From NCBI GenBank assembly GCA_021799535.1, contig JAJZAH010000001.1, forward strand, positions 119,797 to 183,796: 64,000 nucleotides of DNA, in the 5' to 3' direction. Below are positions 38,378 through 48,087 of the stretch, in pieces (positions within the stretch are counted from its first letter, which is position 1; every line of letters starts with the position of its first letter). Both the position numbers and the translations under genes were made by a program. The notes under the pieces are model-generated. The model had not been told where the DNA came from. It ran no database searches and worked only from the letters and a program-made list of their open reading frames with translations. The DNA is from Nanobdellota archaeon. Its GTDB lineage: Archaea > Nanobdellota > Nanobdellia > Pacearchaeales > GW2011-AR1.

Positions 38378-38640
38378 TTTTGGTTTTCAAGTCCTATTTT
38401 TCTCAGGTGGACTGGCGCGATTATGAATTCTTTTTCCATTGTCTGGTCTTTTATTTTGACAATGTAGCTTCTCCCTCTTTTACCAGTAACAACTCCTGTC
38501 CTTCCCTGCAATCTTTCAGGAAAACTTGAAGTGACCGAGACTTCCTTATTTACTGCAACCCTGTCGTCGTTTTCAAATTTCTGGAAGTACTCACTGAATT
38601 TGATTTTCCCTCTATGTCTTATGTCTTTTCTTCCTGTCAT
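38374..38640 (-). CDS. rpl21e: Ribosomal protein eL21 (L21e)
   Basis: 88 aa. PERLQGRTGVVTGKRGRSYIV resembles the L21e core. Confidence 0.65.
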   Translation of the reverse strand: MTGRKDIRHRGKIKFSEYFQKFENDDRVAVNKEVSVTSSFPERLQGRTGVVTGKRGRSYIVKIKDQTMEKEFIIAPVHLRKIGLENQK

Positions 38641-38695
38641 AACTATTGAGAAAAGTACTTCATTTAAAAACCTATCTCTTTGTAAGAACCGAAAG

Positions 38696-38848
38696 TTATA
38701 TGTCTCCTACTTCCCTTGAAGATTCCATTTTTTCGAGAATCGTGTTGAACATCTTATCTCCCCACACTCTTCTCCCGCAGGATTCGCAGAAGTCTATCAC
38801 GCTTTCTTCAGAAATCTCTTTCTGGCAATAAAGGCATTTTTTTGTCAT
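38696..38848 (-). CDS. Small zinc-ribbon protein (not in the ORF track, <60 aa)
   Basis: Hand-translated as MTKKCLYCQKEISEESVIDFCESCGRRVWGDKMFNTILEKMESSREVGDI: two CxxC pairs in 50 aa. Confidence 0.25.
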   Translation of the reverse strand: MTKKCLYCQKEISEESVIDFCESCGRRVWGDKMFNTILEKMESSREVGDI

Positions 38849-38952
38849 AAAATTTCCTCTTTTGGATTAGTTAGAAATTTTCATTTTTAAAGATTTATAT
38901 CCACAGAAATCACATGTGATTTCTTAACAGTAAGTTTTAAAAACTAACATTT

Positions 38953-39162
38953 GTGAAGATTAATATGATAATTCCAGTGAGATGTTTTTCGTGCGGAAAA
39001 CCAATAGGACATCTGTGGGAAGAATATAAAAAAAGGGTTTCGCAGGGTGAGAATTCAAAGAAAGTCCTCGACGAATTGGGCCTTGAAAAGTTTTGCTGCA
39101 GGTCAGTCTTTTTGGGACAGGCAGACAACCTTGAGCTTATAGGGAAATTCAAAAAAAGTTAA
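38953..39162 (+). CDS. rpoN: RNA polymerase subunit N (Rpo10)
   Basis: MIIPVRCFSCGKPIGHLWEEY...CCR is the Rpo10 zinc-bundle signature. Confidence 0.8.
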   Translation: MKINMIIPVRCFSCGKPIGHLWEEYKKRVSQGENSKKVLDELGLEKFCCRSVFLGQADNLELIGKFKKS

Positions 39163-39307
39163 TCAAATCTATTTTTAAAATCCCGTTGAATATGAATCTT
39201 TTGATTGATTTTGAAACTATTCTTTAGTTTATTCACAACCTTTCCCGGGAGCTATGAAAAACTTTTCTTTGATGCACTCCCTCGATTATGTACAAAGCAC
39301 AAAAACA

Positions 39308-39399
39308 TGCGCGGACCGGGACTCGAACCCGGGTCAACTGGTCGCTTCGCGAATGCATTGCTTGGAAGCCAGTTATACTAACCGCTATACTATCCACGC
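39308..39399 (-). tRNA. tRNA-Gly (anticodon TCC) with a 20-nt intron in the anticodon loop
   Basis: The reverse complement folds as acceptor GCGTGGA/TCCGCGC, D arm GTAT..GTAT, anticodon stem ACTGG/CCAGT enclosing CTTCCAA plus a 20-nt insertion at the canonical 37/38 position, and T arm CCGGG-TTCGAGT-CCCGG. Confidence 0.6.
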
Positions 39400-39462
39400 T
39401 CACAATTAGATTCAGGATTTATTTAATAAATCTTTTTGTTCTGGATAATGAGAAATTAAAAG

Positions 39463-39538
39463 CGCCCGGGGCAGGATTTGAACCTGCGACTTCCACCTTA
39501 GGAGGGTGGCACTCTAATCCAGGCTGAGTTACCCAGGC
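39463..39538 (-). tRNA. tRNA-Arg (anticodon CCT)
   Basis: The reverse complement folds as acceptor GCCTGGG/CCCGGGC, D stem ACTC/GAGT, anticodon stem CCACC/GGTGG with loop CTCCTAA, and T arm GCAGG-TTCAAAT-CCTGC. Confidence 0.7.
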
Positions 39539-39573
39539 ATTTAACTTTTAGAGAATAACTTTTTAAATAACTT

Positions 39574-40326
39574 TTGCATTCCACCACGATGGAAAAGAGG
39601 GTGAGGAATGTCCCCGGGATTGTGCTTTCTATTCTTGGTATTCTTACCTTGGGATTTTTGATTGCATTTGTTTATATGTCTTTCAATGGTGCAGATCACA
39701 GTCAAATGTATGACCAGAGGATAAAAAGCGGAAGCATAAAAAATCCGATTGAGATGTTTGCCCTCCAGCCTGTGCCGTTGAATTTGTCGGGATATGAAGA
39801 GATCAAGTTAAACACTTCGGACGGTGAGAAATCAATATTTGTAAATCCGCGGGACCTTAACATGAGTGGGCTGACAGCAGCAGAAGTAGAAAGATCGCTG
39901 ATAAACTATGCTTTCATAATCCTCAAAGTTTATAATCTCCACAATATCCCTTTTACTTCTATAACTCCTCAGATACAAGTAATCATAGATTCTAATTCTT
40001 ATTATGCGGAAGTGTCGGATGGGAATATCATAATTCATGATGGCGCAGCGCCAAACCCGGATATAATTGTGAGAACAACTTCCAAAGAGATTGTCAAGAT
40101 GATTGCGGACTATAATTACGCGCGGAAATCAATCTTGAATGGGAAAACAAAAATCACAATCGTTGCAAACAAATTTGTCTTGCTCTCAAAAGGTTATTTG
40201 GAAGTTTATCTTGACTTATTCTCAACTGCAGGTTCATATGGGATAAATGCAAATGAGTCTCTTTCGAGGCTGAATCTTACTTATCCCGAAAATTCCAATT
40301 CTTCTCTCGGCAATGCAAGTTATTGA
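39574..40326 (+). CDS. Membrane-anchored hypothetical protein
   Basis: N-terminal TM helix (PGIVLSILGILTLGFLIAFVYM) followed by a soluble domain of 250 aa. Confidence 0.3.
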   Translation: MHSTTMEKRVRNVPGIVLSILGILTLGFLIAFVYMSFNGADHSQMYDQRIKSGSIKNPIEMFALQPVPLNLSGYEEIKLNTSDGEKSIFVNPRDLNMSGLTAAEVERSLINYAFIILKVYNLHNIPFTSITPQIQVIIDSNSYYAEVSDGNIIIHDGAAPNPDIIVRTTSKEIVKMIADYNYARKSILNGKTKITIVANKFVLLSKGYLEVYLDLFSTAGSYGINANESLSRLNLTYPENSNSSLGNASY

Positions 40327-40328
40327 TA

Positions 40329-40411
40329 TGCGAGGACTAGGATTCGAACCTAGGTAAGGATAAACCACAAGAGCCTTAATCTTGCCCGTTTGACCACTCC
40401 GGCATCCCCGC
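40329..40411 (-). tRNA. tRNA-Leu (class II); anticodon reads AAG as folded, which is atypical
   Basis: The reverse complement GCGGGGATGCCGGAGTGGTCAAACGGGCAAGATTAAGGCTCTTGTGG...CCTAGGTTCGAATCCTAGTCCTCGCA is highly similar to the tRNA-Leu(CAA) at 24649. The anticodon stem CAAGA/TCTTG leaves loop TTAAGGC, giving 34-36 = AAG. Confidence 0.55.
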
Positions 40412-40576
40412 ATGATTAACGAGTGCTGGTCGCGCCATTTTGTTTAGCATCGTCCGACACTTCATTATTTAGATGACGGTGAGTTCTTTTTGAACTTTCC
40501 GGCATCCCCGCGTATATATTCTTTCTATAAATTAAGGGTATAAAAAGTTTTATAAACCATGCGCATCTTCAAAAAA

Positions 40577-40693
40577 CTGAAGACGGCCATAGTAGGTTGG
40601 AAACACCTGTTCCCTTTCCGAACACAGAAGTTAAGCTTCCTACGTTATTGGCTTTAGTGTCCGACAAGATGCGAAACCATTAAGTCGTCTTTC
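40577..40693 (+). rRNA. rrf: 5S ribosomal RNA
   Basis: GGCCATAGTAGGTTGGAAACACCTGTTCCCTTTCCGAACACAGAAGTTAAGC carries the 5S signature CCGAAC...GAAGTTAAGC. The 5' GAAGACGG pairs with 3' TCGTCTT. Ends are approximate to within 5 nt. Confidence 0.7.
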
Positions 40694-40761
40694 ATTTTTT
40701 CTTTTAATTTTTTTCTTATTTTTTTAATAACCTTTATATATCGAAAACTTTTCAAAGTTTA

Positions 40762-41856
40762 ATGGAAGAAGGAAAAGGTGGGGCTCCAAATGAGCCCGTT
40801 CCGTCTGAATCTGAATTGAAGCCTGCGGAGGTGCCAAAGCCCGCAGAACAGGTGAAAAAATCAGATGAAGCTTCAAGACCGGCTCAAGTTCCAAAAAAAT
40901 CCTTCTTTAAGCTTTCAAAAAAGCTTAAGCGCAAGTCTTTTGAATCAGACCCAAAAAATAACTGGCATGACAGGCATTACAAGCTTTTGTTTCTTATACC
41001 TCTATTAATGATAGCCTTTTGTTTTGTTTATATAGCCGTCTTCTATCACAATACAGGCGATTTCATAAGGAAAGACATCTCTTTAACCGGCGGGACTTCT
41101 ATCACGATCTATGAGAGCAATGTCTCTTCTTCAAAACTTTCGGGAGATCTTTCAGGTAAACTGCCGAATCTTGATGTGACAAGCATCTATAATTTCGGAA
41201 CAAGCACCCAAAAGGCGATAATAGTAGACACCACCGCAAATTGGGGCGCCGCGCAAGAAGTTCTTGAGAACTATCTAGGTTATAGTCTCACTCAGGGGAA
41301 GAATGTCGATGTTGAATTCACAGGTTCGACTTTGAGCAATAGTTTTTACGACCAGATTATTATAGCTATCCTTGTCGCTTTTGTGTTCATGTCTGTTGTC
41401 ATCTTCATACTTTTTAGGACTTTTGTTCCGTCCATGTCAGTAATCCTTTCTGCCTTTGCGGATATTTTCATGGCCCTTGTGACAGTTGATATTCTGGGAA
41501 TAAAAGTCTCGACCGCCGGCATTGTCGCTTTCTTAATGCTTATAGGATATTCTGTTGATACAGATATTCTCCTTACTACAAGGATGCTAAAAAGGACTGA
41601 AGGGACACTTGATCAGAGGATTTTCGGTGCTTTCAAAACAGGGATGACTATGACTCTCACGTCGATTTTTTCGATAGGTTTCGCACTCCTGATTGTGCAG
41701 TCGTTTTCCGTCGTCCTCGCGCAGATATTTGAAATTCTTATTATAGGGCTTTTCTTTGATATGCTCAATACTTGGATCACAAATGTCGCTATTCTGAAGC
41801 TTTATCTTGAAAGGAAGGCCAAGAAGAAGGGGGTGAAAAATGAAGCTGACATTTAG
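40762..41856 (+). CDS. secF: Protein-export membrane protein SecF (with K/P-rich N-terminal extension)
   Basis: C-terminal six-TM SecD/F module (VAFVFMSVVIFILFRTF, LMLIGYSVDTDILL). The shorter partner gene, directly upstream of secD. Confidence 0.6.
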   Translation: MEEGKGGAPNEPVPSESELKPAEVPKPAEQVKKSDEASRPAQVPKKSFFKLSKKLKRKSFESDPKNNWHDRHYKLLFLIPLLMIAFCFVYIAVFYHNTGDFIRKDISLTGGTSITIYESNVSSSKLSGDLSGKLPNLDVTSIYNFGTSTQKAIIVDTTANWGAAQEVLENYLGYSLTQGKNVDVEFTGSTLSNSFYDQIIIAILVAFVFMSVVIFILFRTFVPSMSVILSAFADIFMALVTVDILGIKVSTAGIVAFLMLIGYSVDTDILLTTRMLKRTEGTLDQRIFGAFKTGMTMTLTSIFSIGFALLIVQSFSVVLAQIFEILIIGLFFDMLNTWITNVAILKLYLERKAKKKGVKNEADI

Positions 41857-43366
41857 GATTTGGCTTCTGATTGCGCTTTTTTTTATCTCGATACTTTTTA
41901 TATTCGGAGTTCCTCCGAAAATTTTTGAGTCAGGGGTTGTTGTTACAAGTGTAGGGGTAAACTCAACTTTGGCAAATCAGGGACTAAAACAGGGGGATGT
42001 AATAACAGCGATAAATGGGCAGAGCGTCTCCAATCTTGAAGACTACTCCAAAATAATGGCTGGTGCTTTTGTTCCGGGGCAAAATGCAAAACTTGTGATA
42101 GACTCAAGCTCAGGAGAGTATACTTTTTATGGGAGCAATTTATCGGATCTGGAAGTCGCCGCAATTTCCCCTACAAATATTCAGCTTGGGCTTGATCTTG
42201 CAGGGGGTGCGAGAGCTCTTGTGAAGGCTCAAAACGTCACCTTGAATCAAAGTGATTTAAACACACTTGTGCAGATTACTCAAAACAGGCTCAACACTTT
42301 CGGGCTTACGGATATGCAGGTTTCTCCTGTAAGTGATCTTTCAGGGAATAATTATATGCTCATCGAGATTGCAGGTGCGACTCCTGCAGATTTGCAGTCT
42401 TTAATCTCTCAGCAGGGAAAATTTGAAGCAAAAATAGACAACACGACGGTTTTCGAAGGAGGGAAAAGGGATATTGCTTCTGTTGGGAGAAGCGCGCAAG
42501 ACGCAGTTGTTGAGTCATGCAGTCCTGGAGGAAGCGGATATGTTTGCCCCTTTTATTTCAATATCGTGCTCAGCCCTGATGCTGCGCAGAGGCAAGCGAA
42601 TATAACTGCCAATATTCCTGTTCAGGGGGGGTACTTGACAAAGAAACTTGACTTGTATCTCGATGGTAAATTAGTCGACAGTCTTCAGATAAGCGAAGGG
42701 CTCAGAGGAAGGGTTACAACCCAGATTCAGATTTCAGGGTCAGGCACAGGGGCGACGGAAAGTTCAGCTTTGGCCGACGCACAGGACCAGATGAAAAAAC
42801 TTCAAACGATACTTATGACAGGCAGTCTTCCATATAAACTTGAGATTGTCCAGCTAGACACACTTTCCCCTCTTTTGGGGCAAGAGTTCATAAGTTTCAT
42901 CCTGCTTGCAGGTCTTGTTGCAATACTTTGTGTTTCATTAATAGTCTTTATAAGATACAGAAGGTGGAAATCTTCTCTTGCCCTGATTGCATCAACTGTA
43001 TCCGAGGTTGTTATAATCCTCGGTATAGCTGCATTCATACAATGGAACCTCGATTTGCCGTCAATAGCAGGGATCCTCGCAACTATAGGAACAGGTATTG
43101 ATGACCTTATTGTCCTTATGGATGAAGCTGGTTTAAGTGTCGCGCTCAATCTTAAACAAAAACTGAAAAGAGCATTCTCAATAATCATGGGGTCCTATTT
43201 CACTGTCTTTGTTTCGCTTCTTCCTCTTATGTGGGCAGGAGCAGGACTTCTTAAGGGATTTGCCATAACAACAATAATTGGGATTTCAGTGGGGGTATTT
43301 ATCACGAGACCCGCATTTGCGGATTTACTCAGAATCTCAAAAGAAAGATCCGAAAAAAATCAGTGA
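41840..43366 (+). CDS. secD: Protein-export membrane protein SecD
   Basis: GLDLAGGARALV (SecD GLDLRGG motif), a large periplasmic head, and a C-terminal six-TM module. Confidence 0.65.
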   Translation: MKLTFRIWLLIALFFISILFIFGVPPKIFESGVVVTSVGVNSTLANQGLKQGDVITAINGQSVSNLEDYSKIMAGAFVPGQNAKLVIDSSSGEYTFYGSNLSDLEVAAISPTNIQLGLDLAGGARALVKAQNVTLNQSDLNTLVQITQNRLNTFGLTDMQVSPVSDLSGNNYMLIEIAGATPADLQSLISQQGKFEAKIDNTTVFEGGKRDIASVGRSAQDAVVESCSPGGSGYVCPFYFNIVLSPDAAQRQANITANIPVQGGYLTKKLDLYLDGKLVDSLQISEGLRGRVTTQIQISGSGTGATESSALADAQDQMKKLQTILMTGSLPYKLEIVQLDTLSPLLGQEFISFILLAGLVAILCVSLIVFIRYRRWKSSLALIASTVSEVVIILGIAAFIQWNLDLPSIAGILATIGTGIDDLIVLMDEAGLSVALNLKQKLKRAFSIIMGSYFTVFVSLLPLMWAGAGLLKGFAITTIIGISVGVFITRPAFADLLRISKERSEKNQ

Positions 43367-43375
43367 TAACAGAAG

Positions 43376-43834
43376 ATGCTTCCGAAAAATCATGCACTTT
43401 TTGGATTCATTCTTTCCCTTGCTGCCCTCTCACTTTTCCCGTCGTGGGTAGATCTTGCAGGCGCTGCGATAATCTTTTTTTCAAGTTTCCTTATAGATTT
43501 TGATCATTATCTTTATTATATTTATAAAAATAGGAATTTTGATCCGGTAAGAGCTTACAATTGGTTCAGAAAAAAAGGAGAGGAGCTTTTCAAGCTACCC
43601 AAAGAAGAAAGGAAGAAATATTTTGTTGCTCCTTATATTTTCCACGGACTTGAATGGGTGCTATTATTTATCCTGCTGGGGTTGTTTGTATCCTCTTACT
43701 TTATTTTCATCGCCGTCGGAATGGTTATCCATCTCGTCCTTGACTGGATAGCTGCATTGAAAGAGTACGGAAGGTTCCTTAAATTTTCAGTAATAGTTGA
43801 TTTGGTCAATGAGAGAAGCTTGAAGCAGATATAA
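43376..43834 (+). CDS. Hypothetical integral membrane protein
   Basis: 152 aa with four TM helices. Confidence 0.3.
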   Translation: MLPKNHALFGFILSLAALSLFPSWVDLAGAAIIFFSSFLIDFDHYLYYIYKNRNFDPVRAYNWFRKKGEELFKLPKEERKKYFVAPYIFHGLEWVLLFILLGLFVSSYFIFIAVGMVIHLVLDWIAALKEYGRFLKFSVIVDLVNERSLKQI

Positions 43835-43882
43835 AGACTAGTAATAAACAAGTTTTAAAAACGGTTTATTCTTGGTAGCTTA

Positions 43883-46800
43883 ATGGATTCGGAAGAAAAC
43901 AAAAGCAATGCTGAAACCGGGAACCTAGATAACAAGGATAATCGTCTTGGCAACATGCAATCTTTGCCGGATGCGAATAAAGAAGCAAATAAATTCTCTC
44001 TCGAAAGTCACGATCATAAATCTGAAAACTCAGCTGATGCAGGGAAGGAAGAATATACAAAACCTGTTGAATCTTCCAGGTCACACATAGAAAAAAGGTC
44101 TCGCAAAGAGCATAAAAAAGAGGATTCTTCGTCGGAAAAAGAAGATAACGAAGTGATAAACCTCAATTTTAACTGGAGCTTTTTGAAAAACAGGAAATTT
44201 CAGTGGGGGCTTGTTGTAGTACTTTTTGCGATCCTTGCAATTTTATCTGTGGGTATGAGGCTCTCCAACCTTCCTTTGTTGGTTGATCACACTACAGGCA
44301 ATTATACTCTAGCTGACCCTGATGCGATGTATTGGCTTAGGCTTGAAGGGCGTCTTGTGTCCGGAGGAAATATTTCCGGAATAGATACAATGAGAAACCC
44401 GGGGTTAAATGTTACATTTACCCATGACTTAGTTGTTTACGCGGTCGTCGGAGCTTATAAGGTTCTCCATGCTTTCAATAGTGCGATAACTTACCAATTT
44501 GTTGATACTATCTATCCTGCTTATGCTTTTCTTATCGCTCTTGCTATTTTCTTTTTCTTAATTTATTATCTCACAAAATCAAAGACAGCTTCCATCATCG
44601 GAAGTATTTTCTTAGCTTACTCTCCAGCTTTCTTATTCAGGACAGTAACAGGTGTTTCAGGCCATGAAGCTCTTGGAACGATGTTTCTTTTTGCCGTTTT
44701 CCTTGTATTTATAATCAGTCTCAAAGAGATTGGAAAAGATAAAATTAAAGCTTCAATATGGGGAATTGTCACAGGGATCTTTATAACTTTAACTTATGCT
44801 TCATGGAACGGGACTGCAAACTTCATGTTCCTTATTCTACCTATTGCATTATTTTTATATTACATTTTTAATCTGAGAAATGAACCAAATGGGAAAGTTA
44901 ATTTCATTTTGTATTATATTATCTTCTTAGTTGTTTCGTTAATTACAACTTTATTTGTGCATTATACTCCCTCTTATTTGTATTCATTTTTCTTTATTGC
45001 ATCAGGAGTCCTTGTTCCTGCTATCCTTGTATTCTCAATCATTGACTATTCTTTTGATTTTTTCAAAAATAAGTTTTTTGTGAAAGTTGAGAAGTCCAAA
45101 TTTAGACTTTTGATTTCAGCGGCCTTAACTCTTCTCTTTGGAGTAATTGTCTTGGCAATCCTGAGGGGGGAAGGCTTTGGAATATTTGCAGACCTGTATG
45201 CAAGACTCATCCACCCCTTAAACCAGGCAAGGGTAGCACTAACGGTTGCTTATTACGCTCAGCCTTACCTTACAGATTTCCAGTCTCAGATAATACTTTC
45301 TTTCTTCTGGCTTTTCATTTTGGGAAGTGCTCTTCTTTTAGTTGAATTTACAAAAAGTATAAAATCTCAAAAAGAAAGATTCTATTTATCTATTATTGGG
45401 ATAGCTTCCATTATTGCTGTTCTTTTCAGCAGATATTCCTCTACAAGTATTCTTGATGGTGTAAACTTCTTGAGTCAGCTTGTTTACTTCCTAGGCTTTA
45501 TCGGCCTCCTAGGCAGTCTTGTATTTATCTATCTAAGAAGCAAAGAAAAGATTGACACAAATTTACTTTTTCTCTATTCTTGGATGATTGTAATGCTTGT
45601 AACAATAAGGGCAGCTCAAAGGACGATCTTTCTTGTTGCTCCTTTTATAGCGATTATGGGTGCTTATCTGATTTTAAGGTCATTGCAGGGAATAAAAGGT
45701 TCCAAAAAGGAAGGTATGAAATATCTTTATGGAATTGTTCTTGCTCTTGCCATAGTTCTTTCTTTTGCTTATATGTTCGGAAATCCCTTTTCAGCAAATG
45801 CTCCCGGAGCTTATTACATTTCAAATGTTCAGGCAGCGAGCACGGGGCCTCTGATGGACAATTACTGGCAGAATGCAATGGCTTGGGTAAGAAATAATAC
45901 TGCACCTGACAGTATTTTCCTGAGCTGGTGGGATTATGGTTATCTCATTCAGACAGCGGGTCTTAGAACCACTGTTCTTGACGGGGGAAACTTCAATGCT
46001 TATTGGGATTATATGATGGGAAGATATGTTTTGACAACGCCGACGCCTGATACGGCTTTAAGTTTCATGAAGACGCATAATGTCTCTTACTTTCTTATGG
46101 ACCCTACAGATATAGGGAAGTACTCAGCTTATTCATCAATAGGTGATTCTCAAAATGTCTCTGACAGATCTTCTTATCTTCAGACTTTTGTTTCAAATCC
46201 TTCTCAGACTCAGGAAACTAATAATGGGACTACAAGAATCTATCAGGGAGGCTTCCCTCTTGATGAAGACTTGATCCTGAACTCTTCGAGTGGCCCTATA
46301 CTTCTGCCTTCAGGTAATGCTGGTCTCGGAGCTATTTTGATCCATGAATCGAACAGTTCGTATTACCAACCTCAGGGAATCTACATTTACAATAACCAAC
46401 AATATGATGCTCCTATAAGGTATATGTACGTGGACGGGAGGCTCCTTGATTTCCATTCAGGCGTCAATGCCACTGTTTATGTTTATCCTAGCGTCTATAA
46501 TGGCCAGTTTGACCTGCACGGTGCTGCTATGTACTTGTCAGAGAAGACCCAAAATAGCCTTGTTGCTGAAATTTATCTTATGAATGACCCAAGACATGAA
46601 TACCCTGAGTTGAGCCTTGTACAGCAGCAAGGGGCATACCCCTTCAATTTTTATTATGGCGGATTCCAAGGGCCTGTCAGGATATGGTATGTCAATGAAA
46701 GTGCCATCTCTGATGCCGGAATACTCTCACAGCCCGCTTTCATGGCCCCATCAGGGGTTTACGGTGCTGATGACAATCTTCCTTTCACGAAGAGTGAGCT

Positions 46801-46903
46801 TGAAAGAGCGGGCTCCTTGAGCTCTTCTGTTCCCGTTAATTCATCATCTAATGCCTCAATGATCCCTTATTTTAATTCTTCCCTTGTAAATCAAGGTGCA
46901 TAG
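43883..46903 (+). CDS. aglB: Archaeal oligosaccharyltransferase AglB (STT3 family)
   Basis: 1006 aa, about 13 TM helices, and the diagnostic WWDYGY motif (SWWDYGYLIQ) in the C-terminal soluble domain. Confidence 0.8.
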   Translation: MDSEENKSNAETGNLDNKDNRLGNMQSLPDANKEANKFSLESHDHKSENSADAGKEEYTKPVESSRSHIEKRSRKEHKKEDSSSEKEDNEVINLNFNWSFLKNRKFQWGLVVVLFAILAILSVGMRLSNLPLLVDHTTGNYTLADPDAMYWLRLEGRLVSGGNISGIDTMRNPGLNVTFTHDLVVYAVVGAYKVLHAFNSAITYQFVDTIYPAYAFLIALAIFFFLIYYLTKSKTASIIGSIFLAYSPAFLFRTVTGVSGHEALGTMFLFAVFLVFIISLKEIGKDKIKASIWGIVTGIFITLTYASWNGTANFMFLILPIALFLYYIFNLRNEPNGKVNFILYYIIFLVVSLITTLFVHYTPSYLYSFFFIASGVLVPAILVFSIIDYSFDFFKNKFFVKVEKSKFRLLISAALTLLFGVIVLAILRGEGFGIFADLYARLIHPLNQARVALTVAYYAQPYLTDFQSQIILSFFWLFILGSALLLVEFTKSIKSQKERFYLSIIGIASIIAVLFSRYSSTSILDGVNFLSQLVYFLGFIGLLGSLVFIYLRSKEKIDTNLLFLYSWMIVMLVTIRAAQRTIFLVAPFIAIMGAYLILRSLQGIKGSKKEGMKYLYGIVLALAIVLSFAYMFGNPFSANAPGAYYISNVQAASTGPLMDNYWQNAMAWVRNNTAPDSIFLSWWDYGYLIQTAGLRTTVLDGGNFNAYWDYMMGRYVLTTPTPDTALSFMKTHNVSYFLMDPTDIGKYSAYSSIGDSQNVSDRSSYLQTFVSNPSQTQETNNGTTRIYQGGFPLDEDLILNSSSGPILLPSGNAGLGAILIHESNSSYYQPQGIYIYNNQQYDAPIRYMYVDGRLLDFHSGVNATVYVYPSVYNGQFDLHGAAMYLSEKTQNSLVAEIYLMNDPRHEYPELSLVQQQGAYPFNFYYGGFQGPVRIWYVNESAISDAGILSQPAFMAPSGVYGADDNLPFTKSELERAGSLSSSVPVNSSSNASMIPYFNSSLVNQGA

Positions 46904-46944
46904 CAATTAACAATTCTTTTAAACTCAAAAGCCTCTCTGAACGT

Positions 46945-48087
46945 ATGGAAAAAGATGTGTTTATGAATTATCCCAAGATAGCTATAATTCTCGGAACAAG
47001 AGCCGAGTTGATAAAGACTTTTCCAGTCATGCTTGAATTTCAAAAAAGGAAGATTCCTTATTATTTTATACACACGGGACAGCATAATCTTCAAAATTTG
47101 TGTGAGATGTTTGGCGTGAAAAAACCTGATGTGACTTTGACCAAGGAGTCTAACAAATCTTCTAAATTCAATTCAAACCAGTTCAAAGCAATAAGGTGGA
47201 ATATTGACCTACTTTTCAGGATAAGAAAGGAGCTTAAACGTATGGGGGATCTCGATTTTGTTTTATACCATGGAGATACTATGACTACAGCTACCGCTTC
47301 GATCGCGACTTCGAGAATACTTAATCCGTTCAAAAAATATAAAAATGTCCATTTGGAAGCAGGACTTAGGAGTTTTGACAATTTCGAACCCTTTCCAGAG
47401 GAGATCTCAAGGAGAATTGCAGGGAAGGTTTCAGATGTGCTCTTTGCAGTTTCAAGTCTTGCGAAGTCAAATTTGAAAAAAAGAAGAGCGAAAGTGATTC
47501 ACGTTGGAAATACAATTTTGGATTCTGCAATCATTGCTTTGGAGATTGCAAAAAAAGATAAAGTAAAAATTCTCTCAAAAAAGCCTTTTGCGCTTATAAC
47601 TATTCACAGACATGAAAATCTTAAATCAAAAGAGAGGATGGAAAAGATTATTGAAATCCTTTCTTCAATTCCAATAACTTCCTATTTTGCTATGCATGAT
47701 AATACTGAAAGCAAATTAAAGGAGTTTGGTCTGTACGAAAAGCTTATAGAAAATAAAAGTTTAAAGATTATGCCCTCAATGGATTATCCTTCTTTCATTG
47801 CACAGATGGAAAAATGTTCTTTGGTTGTATGTGACGGGGGCTCAATGCAGGAAGAAAGTTTAATTTTCAAAAAACCATGCGTGGTTTTGAGAATGAAAAC
47901 TGAAAGGCAGGAAGGGCTTAAAACAAACTTTCAATTCTTGAGCAAACTTGATGTTGATAAAACAAGAGGAAAAATAAAAGACTATCTCTCGCCGAAGTTC
48001 CGGATAAAACCTTTTAAGAATCCTTATGGTGAAGAAGGAGTAAGCAGAAGAATAGTCGATAAGCTTCTTGCTCTGGAAAGAAGATGA
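46945..48087 (+). CDS. wecB: UDP-N-acetylglucosamine 2-epimerase (non-hydrolysing)
   Basis: Motifs HTGQHNL and HLEAGLRSF. Confidence 0.65.
   Translation: MEKDVFMNYPKIAIILGTRAELIKTFPVMLEFQKRKIPYYFIHTGQHNLQNLCEMFGVKKPDVTLTKESNKSSKFNSNQFKAIRWNIDLLFRIRKELKRMGDLDFVLYHGDTMTTATASIATSRILNPFKKYKNVHLEAGLRSFDNFEPFPEEISRRIAGKVSDVLFAVSSLAKSNLKKRRAKVIHVGNTILDSAIIALEIAKKDKVKILSKKPFALITIHRHENLKSKERMEKIIEILSSIPITSYFAMHDNTESKLKEFGLYEKLIENKSLKIMPSMDYPSFIAQMEKCSLVVCDGGSMQEESLIFKKPCVVLRMKTERQEGLKTNFQFLSKLDVDKTRGKIKDYLSPKFRIKPFKNPYGEEGVSRRIVDKLLALERR

Noticed and set aside
39288-39527. 79-aa ORF on the plus strand
   Set aside because: It lies entirely across the two minus-strand tRNA genes (tRNA-Gly and tRNA-Arg), so it is a read-through artefact of the six-frame translation.
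40412-40575. Possible additional (pseudo-)tRNA between tRNA-Leu and 5S
   Set aside because: Only a 14-nt copy of the tRNA 5' end is present, with no T-arm or anticodon arm, so it was reported as a repeat rather than a gene.
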